DNA of 64,000 nucleotides from an uncultured delta proteobacterium (GCA_963803975.1 CAWDOY010000054.1:127607-191606), one strand, 5' to 3'. Positions 21,712 to 33,277 are shown, counted from the stretch's first letter. Notes: a model not told the origin generated them from the letters alone. Translations and numbers: made by a program.

Positions 21712-22797
21712 ATGATAAAACGGATTAAAAAGCTGTGGCGTCTCCTTGATGCTGAAACAGACGGCATGCTCATCACCAGCCCGGAAAATGTCCGCTATCT
21801 GTGCGGCTTCTCCGGCACCGAAGGCATTGTTCTGCTCACGCGCAGGGAAGGGTTCTTCCTCACTGACGGGCGATACACGATCCAGGCGCAGCAGCAGGTT
21901 AAGCAGCTCACGGTTATTACCTTCAGGGAGAAGTTCAGGGAGCTTGGCCGCCTCATCAAAAAGCTTCACCTCAGGGCGCTTGGCTTTGAAGCCCGCCATG
22001 TAACCGTTGCAGAACTGCATGATCTGGAAAAAGAAACCCAGCTGGTAACGCTGAAACCCTGCACTGATGTTTTAGACCGGCTGCGTATGGTTAAAGATGC
22101 CGCCGAGATAGCCCTGCTGCGAAAGGCTGCACGCATTGCAGCACAAAGTCTGCAGGAGGTTATGCCGCTTATCAGGCCGGGTATCCGGGAGCTTGATGTT
22201 GCCTGCGAGCTTGAATATCGCATGAAAAAAAACGGTGGGGACGGGCCTGCGTTTCAGCCCATTGTTGCATCCGGATACCGGGCAGCATTGCCGCACGGCG
22301 TGGCTTCGCTGAAAAAAATTGCCGCAGGCGATGTGGTGGTAATTGATTACGGGACGGTTTACCGGGGTTACGCATCGGATGAGACGTGTACGGTTTTCGT
22401 CGGGAAGCCCACCGCCCGGCAGAAAAAGATTTACAGCATTGTTTTGGAGGCCCATGACCGAGCCATTGCCGCGCTCAGACCGGGGAAAACGCTGAAAACC
22501 ATTGATGCTGCAGCGCGCGGCTATATTGAGCAGCAGGGCTTTAAGAAGTATTTCAATCACGGCACTGGCCACGGCGTTGGCCTGGCAGTACACGAGCCTC
22601 CCCGCGTTTCCTATCTTGCAGAGGGAGCGGCAGTTGCGGGAATGGTCGTGACTATTGAACCCGGCATCTATATCCCGGGCTGGGGCGGGGTGCGCATTGA
22701 GGATACGGTGGTGGTGCGGGACCGGGGGTGCGAAATCATCACCCCCGCGATAAGCGCTTCACGTGCGTTGCATGACCAGGGTAAGGGAAAAGCATAA
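21712..22797 (+). CDS. Xaa-Pro aminopeptidase (M24B)
   Basis: TDGRY, ALPHG, D.G..Y..D.T.T, HGTGHGVGLAVHE, TIEPGIY..GGVRIED. Confidence 0.93.
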   Translation: MIKRIKKLWRLLDAETDGMLITSPENVRYLCGFSGTEGIVLLTRREGFFLTDGRYTIQAQQQVKQLTVITFREKFRELGRLIKKLHLRALGFEARHVTVAELHDLEKETQLVTLKPCTDVLDRLRMVKDAAEIALLRKAARIAAQSLQEVMPLIRPGIRELDVACELEYRMKKNGGDGPAFQPIVASGYRAALPHGVASLKKIAAGDVVVIDYGTVYRGYASDETCTVFVGKPTARQKKIYSIVLEAHDRAIAALRPGKTLKTIDAAARGYIEQQGFKKYFNHGTGHGVGLAVHEPPRVSYLAEGAAVAGMVVTIEPGIYIPGWGGVRIEDTVVVRDRGCEIITPAISASRALHDQGKGKA

Positions 22798-22929
22798 AAC
22801 TTTTGCCACCCCTTTCTGTATTTGACATTTCCGGTATATTGATATAAATAGACCCCAAGCAATCGCTTCGAGATTTTTTCTACAGCAGCCAAAAAACACT
22901 GCTACGTTGTAACCTGCAAGCAGGAATAA

Positions 22930-24078
22930 ATGGGTACTCTTATGCGCGTGCTGGTTGTTGATGATGAACTGGGCATCAGGGAAGGGTGTCGACGTACACT
23001 GACGGCACAGGAATTCGAGGTTGAGGTAGCAGAGAACGGCCCGGCAGGGCTTGCCCGGCTTCGGGAAGGTCACTTTGATCTTCTGCTTCTGGATGCCATG
23101 ATGCCCGGCATGAGCGGCCTTGAGGTGCTGCAGCACGCCCGCAAAATTGCCCCGGATCTCATCTGCATACTTATTACCGGCTATGCTACGGTTGAGCTTG
23201 CGGTGCAGGCAATGCGTGAAGGCGCTCAGGATTTTGTTGCCAAGCCGTTTACCCCGGAGCTGCTGCTGCGCGTTATTAACCGGGAGCTGGAGCGGCTGCG
23301 CCTCAAGCGTGAAGCAGAGCGGGCCGTGCTGCTTGAAGAGCAGAACCGGGAACTTTCGCGTGTCACGGCAGAGATGTCGAAGCTGGCTGCGATTGAAAGC
23401 CGCTTCATGCTGACCATGGTCCACGTCCTGCGGGCGCCGGTTGCGGTGCTGCAGAACTCCCTGCAGCTTATCCGCAAAGGGTACGTGCCGGATGAAGGGC
23501 AGCCGGCATTTCTTGAACGCGCCGAGCAGCGGGCCGGTGAGCTGCTCACCATCCTTGATGATGTGCTGCTGCTCTCTCAGCTCAAGCAGGACCTGCATAA
23601 GCACCGCACCGAAACAGTCTCTGTAGCAGGCGTTCTGGAAACGGTTGCTGCCGGCCTTGAGGAAGAGGCCGATGAGCGCCAGATCGAGCTCTGCGTCGAG
23701 ATCTCCGATTCCCCCGCCCTTGTAGCACAGACGGAACACATCAGAGCCCTGTGGCTGAACCTGCTCTCAAATGCCGTGCGCTATACCCCTGCTGGAGGAC
23801 GTATTACCATACAACTTAACGCTGACGTAAACCGGAAACAGATCATCGGCTCGGTTTCTGATACCGGTATCGGGGTGGCAACCGAGGAGATTCCGCGCAT
23901 CTTTGAAGAGTTCTACCGCACGGAAGCAGCCCGGGCCATGCAGGAAACCGGAACCGGACTGGGGTTGCCTATTGTTCAGCAGATTGTGACCATGTACGGG
24001 GGCACCCTTGAGATTGAATCTGTCGTTAGCCGGGGCAGCACCTTTCGCTTCATGCTGCCGGTTTCTTTAGAACCGTAG
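22930..24078 (+). CDS. Hybrid REC-histidine kinase
   Basis: VLVVDDE..LLDAMMPG; H-box HVLRAP; NLLSNAVRYT, DTGIG, GTGLGL. Confidence 0.88.
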   Translation: MGTLMRVLVVDDELGIREGCRRTLTAQEFEVEVAENGPAGLARLREGHFDLLLLDAMMPGMSGLEVLQHARKIAPDLICILITGYATVELAVQAMREGAQDFVAKPFTPELLLRVINRELERLRLKREAERAVLLEEQNRELSRVTAEMSKLAAIESRFMLTMVHVLRAPVAVLQNSLQLIRKGYVPDEGQPAFLERAEQRAGELLTILDDVLLLSQLKQDLHKHRTETVSVAGVLETVAAGLEEEADERQIELCVEISDSPALVAQTEHIRALWLNLLSNAVRYTPAGGRITIQLNADVNRKQIIGSVSDTGIGVATEEIPRIFEEFYRTEAARAMQETGTGLGLPIVQQIVTMYGGTLEIESVVSRGSTFRFMLPVSLEP

Positions 24079-24087
24079 TATACCGGT

Positions 24088-26064
24088 ATGAAAAAAATAG
24101 TAAGAAAACTGTTCGGCGGGCGGCTGCAGATTGTCCTGATAGCCTCCTTTTCCGTTATCGCCGGCCTGACCGTGGGTCTCAATACGCTGGTTACCTCGCG
24201 GGTTATACAGGATTACCTTGCTGCGGCTGAGGATGACCTGGTGGCCCGCGATATGGACCTGGCGAAAGCTTTTTACCGGCTGAAACTCGATGAAATAGCT
24301 GCCATAAGCCACCGTCTGGCCCTTGACCAGTGGGTGATCGAGAGTTTTAACGCAGCTGCTCAGGGCAATACGGCAGCCATGCGCATCATTGACCAGCAGA
24401 TCACCAATAAAATTGCCGTGCTGGCCCTGGGCGGCACGCACCTCATAGCTCTCCTTGACACACAGGGAAATATTATCACGGGGCGGGTTCTGTCATCGAC
24501 CGGAGAACTGTCACAGCCGATCCTGAAAGGCAACTGGTCGCGCCTGCCCATTGTCCAGGAAGTTCTTGCCCGTAAACAGCCGCTCGCAGCAACAGAAATA
24601 ATTCCCGCCGTATTGCTCTCAGAGGTCAGGCTGGACCGGCAGGCCTCTATTGCGCTTATTGAGACCCCGCTCGCGGCCCCGGAGCCGTTTGACAGCCGCG
24701 AGGGAACGGCAGGCCTGGCAATGACCGGCGCGTATCCCTTGCGGGACAGGGATGGCCGGGCGTGCGGGGCAGTGCTGTCCGCGTATCTGTTTAATAATGA
24801 TTTTACTCTGGTTGACCGCATCAAGGAGGTTGCCGGCATCGACACGGTTACCATTTTTTTCGGTGACCTGCGCGTGTCAACCAATGTTATGACCGAACAG
24901 GGCAGGCGTGCCGTGGGAACGCGGGTCTCACAATCAGTGCGCGACGTGGTGCTGAATCAAAGCAGTACCTATGTCGGCCGTGCCTACGTCGTAAATGAAT
25001 GGTTTATAACGCGCTATGAGCCCCTGCTCGATCATCTGGGACAGGTGGTGGGCATGCTCTATGTCGGTGCCCGCGAATCATCGTTTTTGCGGCTGGTGCA
25101 TAATTTCAACAAGCGCGTTGCCATTATTGCCTTTATCTGTATTCTGCTCGCCGGTATTATTGCGGTGCCGATTGCCCGGTTTATCACCCGCCCCATTGAT
25201 CAGCTGGTGAAGGCCAACCGCCGTCTGGCAGACGGCGATATGACGGTGCGCGTGGAAGCCCCCGGAGAGGGCGAGCTTGCCATGCTCAGCCGGTCATTTA
25301 ACACCATGGTGGAAACTCTGTACCGGACGCAGCAGGAGCTCCTGCACAAGGAGAACCTGGCCTCAGTCGGCCAGCTTGCCGCAGGTGTGGCCCATGAAAT
25401 CAACAACCCGCTGGGAACCATCCTGCTGTTTGCTGAAGTTATGAATAAGGAGATTGCCGCAGATGACCCGCGCCGGGAAGATCTCAAGATGATTATCAGT
25501 GAAACCATCCGCTGCCGGAAAATAGTATCTGATCTCCTGAATTTTGCCCGGCAGCAGGAAGTGCTGGCGCAGGAATGCGATATTCACGATCTTATCGAGC
25601 AGGTCATTGAGGGGATTTCCCTTAAGGCAAGTTTTAAGAAGGTGACCGTTCTTCGCCAGTTCAGTCCGCAGCTGCCGGCCATTGAGGCTGACCAGGCGCA
25701 GCTGATGCAGGTGTTTGTCAACCTGCTTGACAATGCTGTTGATGCCATGCCCGCAGGCGGCACCATCACCATACGCACCCGCCTTATAGACAGTCAGCGC
25801 CTGGAGGTGATGATATCTGATACCGGATGCGGCATATCTGAAGAGAATCTGGGCAAGCTCTTTACCCCCTTTTTCACCACCAAGCCCGTGGGCAAGGGCA
25901 CCGGGCTGGGCCTGTCAATTGTCTATGGCATTATCAAAACGCACCGGGGACAGATCACGGTCAGCAGTCAGCTCGGCCAGGGAACCACTTTTACGGTCAT
26001 ACTCCCGGTGATGCTTTCGCAGCAGCACCTGCCGCCGGCCTCCTCTTCCGCATTTACCGTATAG
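24088..26064 (+). CDS. Membrane sensor histidine kinase (Cache, HAMP, HisKA, HATPase)
   Basis: 2 TM; TIFFGDLRVSTNV..RAVGT (Cache); AGVAHEINNPL; FFTTKPVGKGTGLGL. Confidence 0.92.
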   Translation: MKKIVRKLFGGRLQIVLIASFSVIAGLTVGLNTLVTSRVIQDYLAAAEDDLVARDMDLAKAFYRLKLDEIAAISHRLALDQWVIESFNAAAQGNTAAMRIIDQQITNKIAVLALGGTHLIALLDTQGNIITGRVLSSTGELSQPILKGNWSRLPIVQEVLARKQPLAATEIIPAVLLSEVRLDRQASIALIETPLAAPEPFDSREGTAGLAMTGAYPLRDRDGRACGAVLSAYLFNNDFTLVDRIKEVAGIDTVTIFFGDLRVSTNVMTEQGRRAVGTRVSQSVRDVVLNQSSTYVGRAYVVNEWFITRYEPLLDHLGQVVGMLYVGARESSFLRLVHNFNKRVAIIAFICILLAGIIAVPIARFITRPIDQLVKANRRLADGDMTVRVEAPGEGELAMLSRSFNTMVETLYRTQQELLHKENLASVGQLAAGVAHEINNPLGTILLFAEVMNKEIAADDPRREDLKMIISETIRCRKIVSDLLNFARQQEVLAQECDIHDLIEQVIEGISLKASFKKVTVLRQFSPQLPAIEADQAQLMQVFVNLLDNAVDAMPAGGTITIRTRLIDSQRLEVMISDTGCGISEENLGKLFTPFFTTKPVGKGTGLGLSIVYGIIKTHRGQITVSSQLGQGTTFTVILPVMLSQQHLPPASSSAFTV

Positions 26065-26083
26065 CAGGCGGAGCGGATTCTGC

Positions 26084-27256
26084 ATGGAACTCAAAGCTAA
26101 AATTCTGATTATTGATGATGATGAAGCCCTTCATAAAGTCTGCCGCGGTGTTCTGGAGCGGCACGGTTTTTTTATTGAATCAGCTTTCACCTTGCACGAC
26201 GGACTGCAGAAGGTCCGGGAGCAGTCATTTGACCTGGTACTGCTTGACCTCATGATGCCTGATGGCCAGGGCATAGACATTATTGCCCCGCTGCGCGAGC
26301 AGGACCCGGAGCTTGTGAGCGTGGTCATGACTGGGTACGCGACGGTTGAGCGTGCGGTGGAGGCAATGAAGGCCGGAGCTGTTAATTTTCTCGCCAAGCC
26401 CTTTTCAACTGACCTGCTCCTGCTGGCGGTCAATCAGGCGCTTGAAAAACGGCAGCTTTCCCGTGATGTGAAACGGCTGCGGGATTTTGAGCAGGATGTA
26501 GCGCAGCTGTGGTCAGTCGCCCGGGGAGGGCTTGATGAATTTAATCAATTCGATAAGGATTTCATCGGGCCGGCAGCGTTCAGACTCACTATTGCCCATG
26601 AATTCAGGGCGCCTATCACCGCCCTGCTCAGCTTTCTCATTCTGCTTCGCAAAGGCTACGTTCCCCCTGACCAGCAGAAGAAGATCCTTGATAATGCCAT
26701 GAAGCGGGCCCAGGACATGCTCGACCTGGTGGATGATCTTATGAACTTATCATCTGCCCGGGAAGAGATATCCGTGACACACTGCACGGTACATAACCTG
26801 GCGGATGATCTGGAGAAAGTAGCTCCAACGCTTAAGGCGCAGGCGCAGGAGAAGGGGATCTCGGTCAGTCTTGTACTTCAGGAGAGACCGGTCGTGAATA
26901 CCAACCCAAGGCTTATGGACCAGCTCTGGACCAACCTTATATCCAATGCCATTAAATATACTCTTGCGGGAGGCTCTGTGCAGGTTATCCTTGAGAAAGA
27001 GCAGGGATGGGCAGTTGGCACGGTTAAAGACACCGGCATCGGCATGTCAGCAAAAGAACAGGAACTGATTTTTCATGAGTTCTACCGGGCCCCCCGGGCA
27101 AAAGAAATGGAGCGGCACGGAACCGGTCTGGGGCTGTCGTTTGTCAAGCGGATCATTGACGGCTATGGCGGGAGTGTTACCGTGGAATCAGAAACAGGGC
27201 GGGGCAGCGCTTTTAGGTTCAGGCTGCCGCTGCATGCAAAGCACCAGGAAATATAA
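26084..27256 (+). CDS. Hybrid REC-histidine kinase
   Basis: ILIIDDD..LLDLMMPDG; AHEFRAP; NLISNAIKYT; GTGLGL. Confidence 0.9.
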   Translation: MELKAKILIIDDDEALHKVCRGVLERHGFFIESAFTLHDGLQKVREQSFDLVLLDLMMPDGQGIDIIAPLREQDPELVSVVMTGYATVERAVEAMKAGAVNFLAKPFSTDLLLLAVNQALEKRQLSRDVKRLRDFEQDVAQLWSVARGGLDEFNQFDKDFIGPAAFRLTIAHEFRAPITALLSFLILLRKGYVPPDQQKKILDNAMKRAQDMLDLVDDLMNLSSAREEISVTHCTVHNLADDLEKVAPTLKAQAQEKGISVSLVLQERPVVNTNPRLMDQLWTNLISNAIKYTLAGGSVQVILEKEQGWAVGTVKDTGIGMSAKEQELIFHEFYRAPRAKEMERHGTGLGLSFVKRIIDGYGGSVTVESETGRGSAFRFRLPLHAKHQEI

Positions 27257-27276
27257 TAAAAATAAGCATGCACCCG

Positions 27277-27684
27277 TCAGCCCCGTGCTGCGGGGTGCGC
27301 CTGCGAAAGCATCTCTCTGACACGCTCAAGCAGCACATCAGGATCTATGGGTTTATTGAGCCACTCTGAGTCGGGAATGTAGTCGTGGCTGGGCATTTCT
27401 CCCTGGGCTCGGGCGCTGGTGAGTGAGGTGACCATAATGACGGGAATGTGCTGCAGGGCTTTATCTTCAGCCATTTTCCGGCGCACATCGAGCCCCTCCA
27501 CAATATAAGCCATCATAATATCAAGAATCACCAGGTCAGGTTCTTCCATGCGCATGACCGTCAGCCCCTGCTCACCGTTGGCAGCAGTGACCACCCGGTA
27601 CTGCTGTGACTCAAGAATCATCCGGGTTATATTGACAAAGTCCCGGTCATCATCAACCACAAGTATTGTTGCCTGCTCAGCCAT
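27277..27684 (-). CDS. Single-domain response regulator
   Basis: ILVVDDD, PDLVILDIMM, IPVIMVTS, KP. Confidence 0.88.
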   Translation of the reverse strand: MAEQATILVVDDDRDFVNITRMILESQQYRVVTAANGEQGLTVMRMEEPDLVILDIMMAYIVEGLDVRRKMAEDKALQHIPVIMVTSLTSARAQGEMPSHDYIPDSEWLNKPIDPDVLLERVREMLSQAHPAARG

Positions 27685-27853
27685 ATGCAATCTCCTGATG
27701 GTGAATGTATGCTGCATATCTGATACACAATAACTATAACCAAGCCTGCCGTATTTTCCAAGAAATTTTTAACATGCGCGGAAATTCTGCCGGATTCAAA
27801 GCAGATATATCCGGTACCTATACCATAGTGTGGCTCATTATTTTAATTTCTAA

Positions 27854-27960
27854 CAGGCTGTTGAAAAACGTAAAGCACGCCTCATTCCTCAGGATTTCGC
27901 GCGCCTTGCATCTTGATGTTTTTGACCAGCCGGTGAGAAAACTACTTTTTCAACAACCTG
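27854..27960. mobile_element. MITE-like element, copy 2 (internally deleted)
   Basis: CAGGCTGTTGAAAAA / TTTTTCAACAACCTG; 4-bp direct repeat CTAA on both flanks; core shared with 17842-17993. Confidence 0.75.
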
Positions 27961-28054
27961 CTAATTGCTTCTTGTTCTCTTGTTTGTATATGTTATATAA
28001 TTTTACGGGAAAAGCGTATCATGGTATAGCCGAAATAATCAAACAGAAGGTTCC

Positions 28055-28999
28055 ATGAATCTTCTAGTCGACAGCCTCAGCCTTAAAGAAACCACGATCT
28101 ACAGTTTTCCCTACACCGTGCTCACCAGACGCAGCGAGCCTATCATTATCAAGCCGGTTGATGACAAGACCTGCCCGCAGCTCATGAACATGTATCTTCA
28201 TGCGGTGCCGCGCAATTCCTTTGATGGACTGCCGCCCATCAGAGATGACCGGTGCCGCGCCTGGGTGCAGGGCATGGTCGAGCGGGGGGTCAACCTGGTC
28301 GCCCTATCTATTGGAACGGGCGTGGTGGGCCATGCGGCGCTGTTCCCCATCAGCGAGAAAGTAAGCGAGATGCTGCTGGTGGTTGACCCAAAATACCAGA
28401 ATCTGAGCATTGGAACGCAGCTCACGCGCTGCATTATTCAGCTTGCCAATGAATTATGCCTTGAGAAAATCTGGCTCTACGGGGAGATGAAGGACCAGAA
28501 TGCCAAGCATGTGTATAAGAAATGCGGCTTTGAGTACCTGAGCCCTCATTATATTGAGGAAGTGGAAATGGTCTTTGACCTCAAACGCTACCAGAAGACC
28601 CTGGACGTGAAGGTCAGCCAGATCATGAACAAGAATGTGGTGACCCTGGACCGGAACAGCTCCTGCCTTGAGGCGCTGGATATATTCATCAGGAATAATT
28701 TCGGCGCCCTGCCGGTTATTGATGAAGAGAACCGCGTAATCGGGATACTGTCGGAGACAGACCTGGTTATAGAAACCAACCTCAATCTCAGGGTGGGCGA
28801 CATCCTGACCATGGAAGTGGTCACCGTCCATGAGGGCTCAAATATTGAAAAGCTGATCAGGCTCTTTCAGTCAATGCGGCTGCGCTGCATTCCGGTGATA
28901 AATGACGAGAAAAAGCTGGTCGGGATTGTCGGCAGAAAAGATATTCTGAGCTATTACTACTTAAAATTCAGGTTAGGCCTTGACTTTAAAGATGCTTAA
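28055..28999 (+). CDS. GNAT + tandem CBS domain protein
   Basis: VDPKYQNLSIGT..AKHVYKKCGF; VSQIMNKNVVT..LPVID..VIGILSETD; IPVINDEKKLVGIVGRKD. Confidence 0.8.
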   Translation: MNLLVDSLSLKETTIYSFPYTVLTRRSEPIIIKPVDDKTCPQLMNMYLHAVPRNSFDGLPPIRDDRCRAWVQGMVERGVNLVALSIGTGVVGHAALFPISEKVSEMLLVVDPKYQNLSIGTQLTRCIIQLANELCLEKIWLYGEMKDQNAKHVYKKCGFEYLSPHYIEEVEMVFDLKRYQKTLDVKVSQIMNKNVVTLDRNSSCLEALDIFIRNNFGALPVIDEENRVIGILSETDLVIETNLNLRVGDILTMEVVTVHEGSNIEKLIRLFQSMRLRCIPVINDEKKLVGIVGRKDILSYYYLKFRLGLDFKDA

Positions 29000-29433
29000 G
29001 AAAACACTCCCCAGGTGAGACGGTTTTTTTAATTATAAAAATTTTGTTAAAAAATAAATCGCCTTGACAAGAAAAATACCCTGTGATACACCCAAACATC
29101 CGTCATTGGGGACGGAAACAGCAGCGTGTTTTTGGTAATTTAGCACGTCTCACGTACGTACTCACCTCTTTCGTAGAATAAAAATTATTATATATCAGCT
29201 GTATTCCGCAGTCTGGTAATGACTGTGTGCCGGTTTTTTCCGGCGCGCTGCAGTTGACTATTGCTATGCGCGAGAGCCGATAAGCGCGGCACTACACCGG
29301 TGCAGTGCTATGCCCGGAAATTATTCCCCGGGCAGCAGAAGAAGAACGTCACACAGAAAAGAGTTTCTCCGCGGTATCTCCGGACAGATAGAAGCTGTTT
29401 GTAGCTCAGTTCATATTAATTAAGGAGGACACT

Positions 29434-31197
29434 ATGCCCTACGATGCAACGAAAATGGCCGACTGGCAGATTTCAGAAGCTGCAGAAGAAAAGATGCCTA
29501 CCCCGGATCAATGGCGTGAAAAGCTTGGCTTGCAGAAAGATGAAGTTATCCCCATGGGGAAGCTGGCAAAGCTTGATTTTTTGAAAATCATCGAGCGCCT
29601 GAAAGACAAGCCTGATGGTAAATATATCGAGGTTACCGCAATTACCCCCACACCGCTCGGGGAAGGTAAAAGCACCACCTCGGTAGGATTAATCGAGGGG
29701 CTCGGGCAGCGGAAGAAAAACGTCGGCGGCTGCCTTCGCCAGCCTTCCGGCGGGCCGACCATGAACGTGAAAGGCACTGCTGCCGGCGGCGGCAACGCGC
29801 TTCTCATTCCCATGACCGAGTTTTCCCTGGGCCTGACCGGTGATATCAACAACATCATGAATGCCCATAACCTGGCGATGGTGGCGCTCACCGCCCGTAT
29901 GCAGCATGAGCGCAACTACAATGACGAGCAGCTGCAGCGGCTCACCAAGATGCGCCGGCTTGACGTTGACCCCACCCGGGTGGAGATGGGCTGGATTATA
30001 GACTTCTGCGCCCAGAGCCTGAGAAACATCGTGATCGGGCTTGGCGGCCGTCAGGACGGTTACACCATGCAGTCAAAATTCGGCATTGCCGTGGGCTCCG
30101 AGTGCATGGCCATGCTTTCCATAGTAAAGGACCTTGCAGATTTGCGGCAGCGGCTGGATAAAATAACGGTCGCCTATGACAAGGGCGGAAAACCGGTAAC
30201 GACCGGGGACCTTGAAGTGGGCGGCGCCATGTGCGCCTTCATGCGCGATACCATCAATCCGACGCTTATGAGCACCGCGGAATATCAGCCGTGCATGGTG
30301 CACGCGGGCCCCTTTGCCAATATTGCCGTGGGCCAGTCATCAATCATCGCCGACCGCATCGGCCTGAAGATGTTTGATTACCATGTGACTGAAAGCGGCT
30401 TTGCCGCGGACATCGGCTTTGAAAAGTTCTGGAACGTGAAGTGCCGCTTCAGCGGGTTAAAACCGCACGTTTCGGTTCTGACCACAACTATTCGGGCCCT
30501 CAAGATGCACGGCGGCGGCCCCAAGGTAGTCGCCGGCATAGCGCTTCCCGAAGAATACACGAAAGAGAATCTGGCCCTGCTGGAAAAGGGACTGGCAAAC
30601 ATGATTCACCACATCAACACCATCCGCAAGTCAGGCATCAACCCGGTGGTCTGCATCAACACCTTCCATACTGATACCAGGGAAGAGATTGAAATGGTAA
30701 AGAAGGCGGCAGAAGCAGCAGGCGCCCGCTGTGCCAAATCCACGCACTGGGCGCAGGGCGGGGAAGGCGCGGTAGAGCTGGCCGATGCGGTCATTGATGC
30801 CTGCAATGACAAGAATGACTTCAAGTTCCTTTACCCGAAAGAAATGAAGCTGCGCGACCGGGTGGCACTCATTGCAAAAGAGGTCTATGGCGCTGATGGT
30901 GTGTCGTGGTCTGCAGAGGCGGAAGCCAAGGCAAAGAACTTTGAAAAAGATCCGCAGTTTGACGACTATGCCACCATGATGGTTAAGACCCATCTGAGCC
31001 TCACCCACGATCCCGCGCTGAAGGGCGTGCCCAAAGGCTGGACGCTGCCCATCCGGGATGTGCTCATTTATTCAGGGGCCCAGTTTCTCTGCCCGTGCGC
31101 GGGCACCATCAGCCTGATGCCGGGCACCAGCTCAAATCCGGCCTTCCGGCGCATTGACGTGGATGTGAAGACCGGAAAAGTGAGCGGTCTGTTTTAA
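29434..31197 (+). CDS. fhs: Formate-tetrahydrofolate ligase
   Basis: [44 protein letters not shown]. Confidence 0.97.
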   Translation: MPYDATKMADWQISEAAEEKMPTPDQWREKLGLQKDEVIPMGKLAKLDFLKIIERLKDKPDGKYIEVTAITPTPLGEGKSTTSVGLIEGLGQRKKNVGGCLRQPSGGPTMNVKGTAAGGGNALLIPMTEFSLGLTGDINNIMNAHNLAMVALTARMQHERNYNDEQLQRLTKMRRLDVDPTRVEMGWIIDFCAQSLRNIVIGLGGRQDGYTMQSKFGIAVGSECMAMLSIVKDLADLRQRLDKITVAYDKGGKPVTTGDLEVGGAMCAFMRDTINPTLMSTAEYQPCMVHAGPFANIAVGQSSIIADRIGLKMFDYHVTESGFAADIGFEKFWNVKCRFSGLKPHVSVLTTTIRALKMHGGGPKVVAGIALPEEYTKENLALLEKGLANMIHHINTIRKSGINPVVCINTFHTDTREEIEMVKKAAEAAGARCAKSTHWAQGGEGAVELADAVIDACNDKNDFKFLYPKEMKLRDRVALIAKEVYGADGVSWSAEAEAKAKNFEKDPQFDDYATMMVKTHLSLTHDPALKGVPKGWTLPIRDVLIYSGAQFLCPCAGTISLMPGTSSNPAFRRIDVDVKTGKVSGLF

Positions 31198-31296
31198 ACA
31201 AGCCGCTGTCAGCACGCATCAATAAATGCATGCAGGGTCAGAATTCAGACAGTTTTTATTCTGGATTCTGATTCCTGATTTTTGTATGCTGTGATA

Positions 31297-33277
31297 ATGG
31301 AAAAAATAACCATCACCTTTCTTCCCGCAAATAAGACGCTGCAGGAACAGAAGGGCAGCAACCTGCTGGCCCTGGCGGTTGAGGCAGGCATCTACATCAC
31401 TGCCGCATGCGGCGGGGTCGGCGCCTGCGGCAAGTGCCGGGTGCTTATCCAGTCAGGAGAGGTGGATTGCCGGGACTGCAGCCAGGTTCCTCCTGAGGAG
31501 TTTGCCAAAGGGTACCGCCTTGCCTGCCAGTCATATGTTTTAAGCGATGCCACCATCCTGGTCCCGCCGGAACTGCATCCGCCGGAGGCAATCGGCAGCA
31601 CTGCCGCACCCTGCAAGCCGGCCCACCGGCAGGCAGTATCCCAGGAGCTGGAGCACCTGGTAAGCGGTGCCTGGTACAACCCGGCCCTGAAAAAATTCAC
31701 CGTTACCCTTGACCCGCCCACCATCGCCGATAATGTCAGCGACCTGTCGCGGCTGCTGCGGGCTTTGAAAAAACAGCACAACCTGGAAAGTATCTCCATT
31801 GATTTTGCGCTCCTGAAAAAACTGCCGCACCTGGTGCGCGCTGCTGGCTGGGAAGCCACGGTAACCATAGTGCAGACCAGAATGGAGTCACAGCTGGGCG
31901 AGCACCAGCTGCGCGGCTCCCGGCGCCCCAAGATGATAGCGGTTGAAGCGGGCAACACCTGCGACCGGCACTACTCCATTGTGCTTGACATCGGGACCAC
32001 GTCGCTGTGGGGCCAGCTCGTTGACCTGAACCGCCGGGAGAGTTTGGCCCAGGCCTCGGAATATAACCCGCAGATCCGCTTCGGTGATGATGTCATAACC
32101 CGCATCATCCATTCCCAGCGGCCCGGGGGGCTCGGGCAGCTGCAGGAGGCGGTTGTCGGCGGGCTGAATAAGATTGTACAGCGAGCTCATAGAGAAGGCC
32201 GGGGTGGAAAAGCGCCACGTGTCCCATGTCACTGCTGCCGGCAACACCATCATGACGCACCTGTTGGCAGGGCTTGACCCCAAATACATCCGCGAAGCAC
32301 CCTATACGCCGGTGGCCGCGTTTATTCCGCCGCTGCGGGCCGTGCGGCTCGGGCTTGACGTGGACGAGCATGTGTATGTCTACACCTTCCCTTCTGTTGC
32401 CAGCTATGTCGGCGGCGATATTGTGTCGGGCGTTCTGGGCTCGGGTATGTACCAGAGAGCAGAGCTCACCCTCTACATTGATATCGGCACCAACGGGGAA
32501 ATCGTGGTGGGCAACCAGGACTGGCTCATGACCGCTTCCTGCTCGGCAGGCCCTGCGTTTGAGGGCGGCGGGCTCTGCTGCGGCATGCGCGCCATGACCG
32601 GCGCCATTGAAGGGTTTAAGATCAATCCCCGGACCTGCGAGCCGATGCTTCTGACCATAGGAAAGGCAAAACCAACGGGCATCTGCGGGTCAGGGGCGAT
32701 AAACATACTTGCCGAATTTCTTCTCTACGGCGTCATTGATCAGAACGGGAAATTTAACAGTACCGGTAAAACCAAACGGCTGCGCCAGGGCGCGGACGGC
32801 ATGGAATATGTGCTATCCTATAAAGAAGATACAGGGCAGGACCACGATATCGTGATTACCGAAGCAGACATTGATAATATTATCCGCGCCAAGTCTGCCA
32901 TGTTTGCCGGGTATCAGTCGCTGCTCGGGAAAGCAGGGCTTGCGTTTTCCGACCTGGAACGGGTAATCATTGCCGGCGCCTTCGGGGATTTTATCAACCT
33001 GGAGAATGCCATCACCATCGGTTTGCTGCCGGAGCTTGCGCTTGACCGCTATACCTTCATCGGCAACGGCTCGCTGCTGGGCGCAAAGCTTATATCGCTG
33101 TCGAGCGAGCTGCTGGATGATGCGGAGCGCGTTGCGCGCAAGATGACCAACATTGAGCTGAGCGAAGACCATGCCTTCATGGATAATTATATGGCCGGCC
33201 TGTTTCTGCCGCACACGGATGCGGGCCTGTTTCCTGAAACGCTGGCGCGCACAGCTGCTACGGTAAAATGCAGTTAA
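31297..33277 (+). CDS. acsV: Corrinoid reductive activator (RACo/AcsV; 2Fe-2S + ASKHA), frameshift near 32185
   Basis: CGGVGACGKC..LAC; DIGTTS; YVGGDIVSG; DIGTNGE; SAGPAFEG; GICGSG. Confidence 0.88.

Noticed and set aside
27705..28058. ORFs overlapping MITEs (also 17872-18063, 54219-54722 and the 54358 extension of metF2)
   Set aside because: These are translations of the repeat element; metF2 has a better start with RBS at 54415
29100..29433. THF or ZTP riboswitch upstream of fhs
   Set aside because: Consensus elements not recognised; kept only as an unknown structured leader
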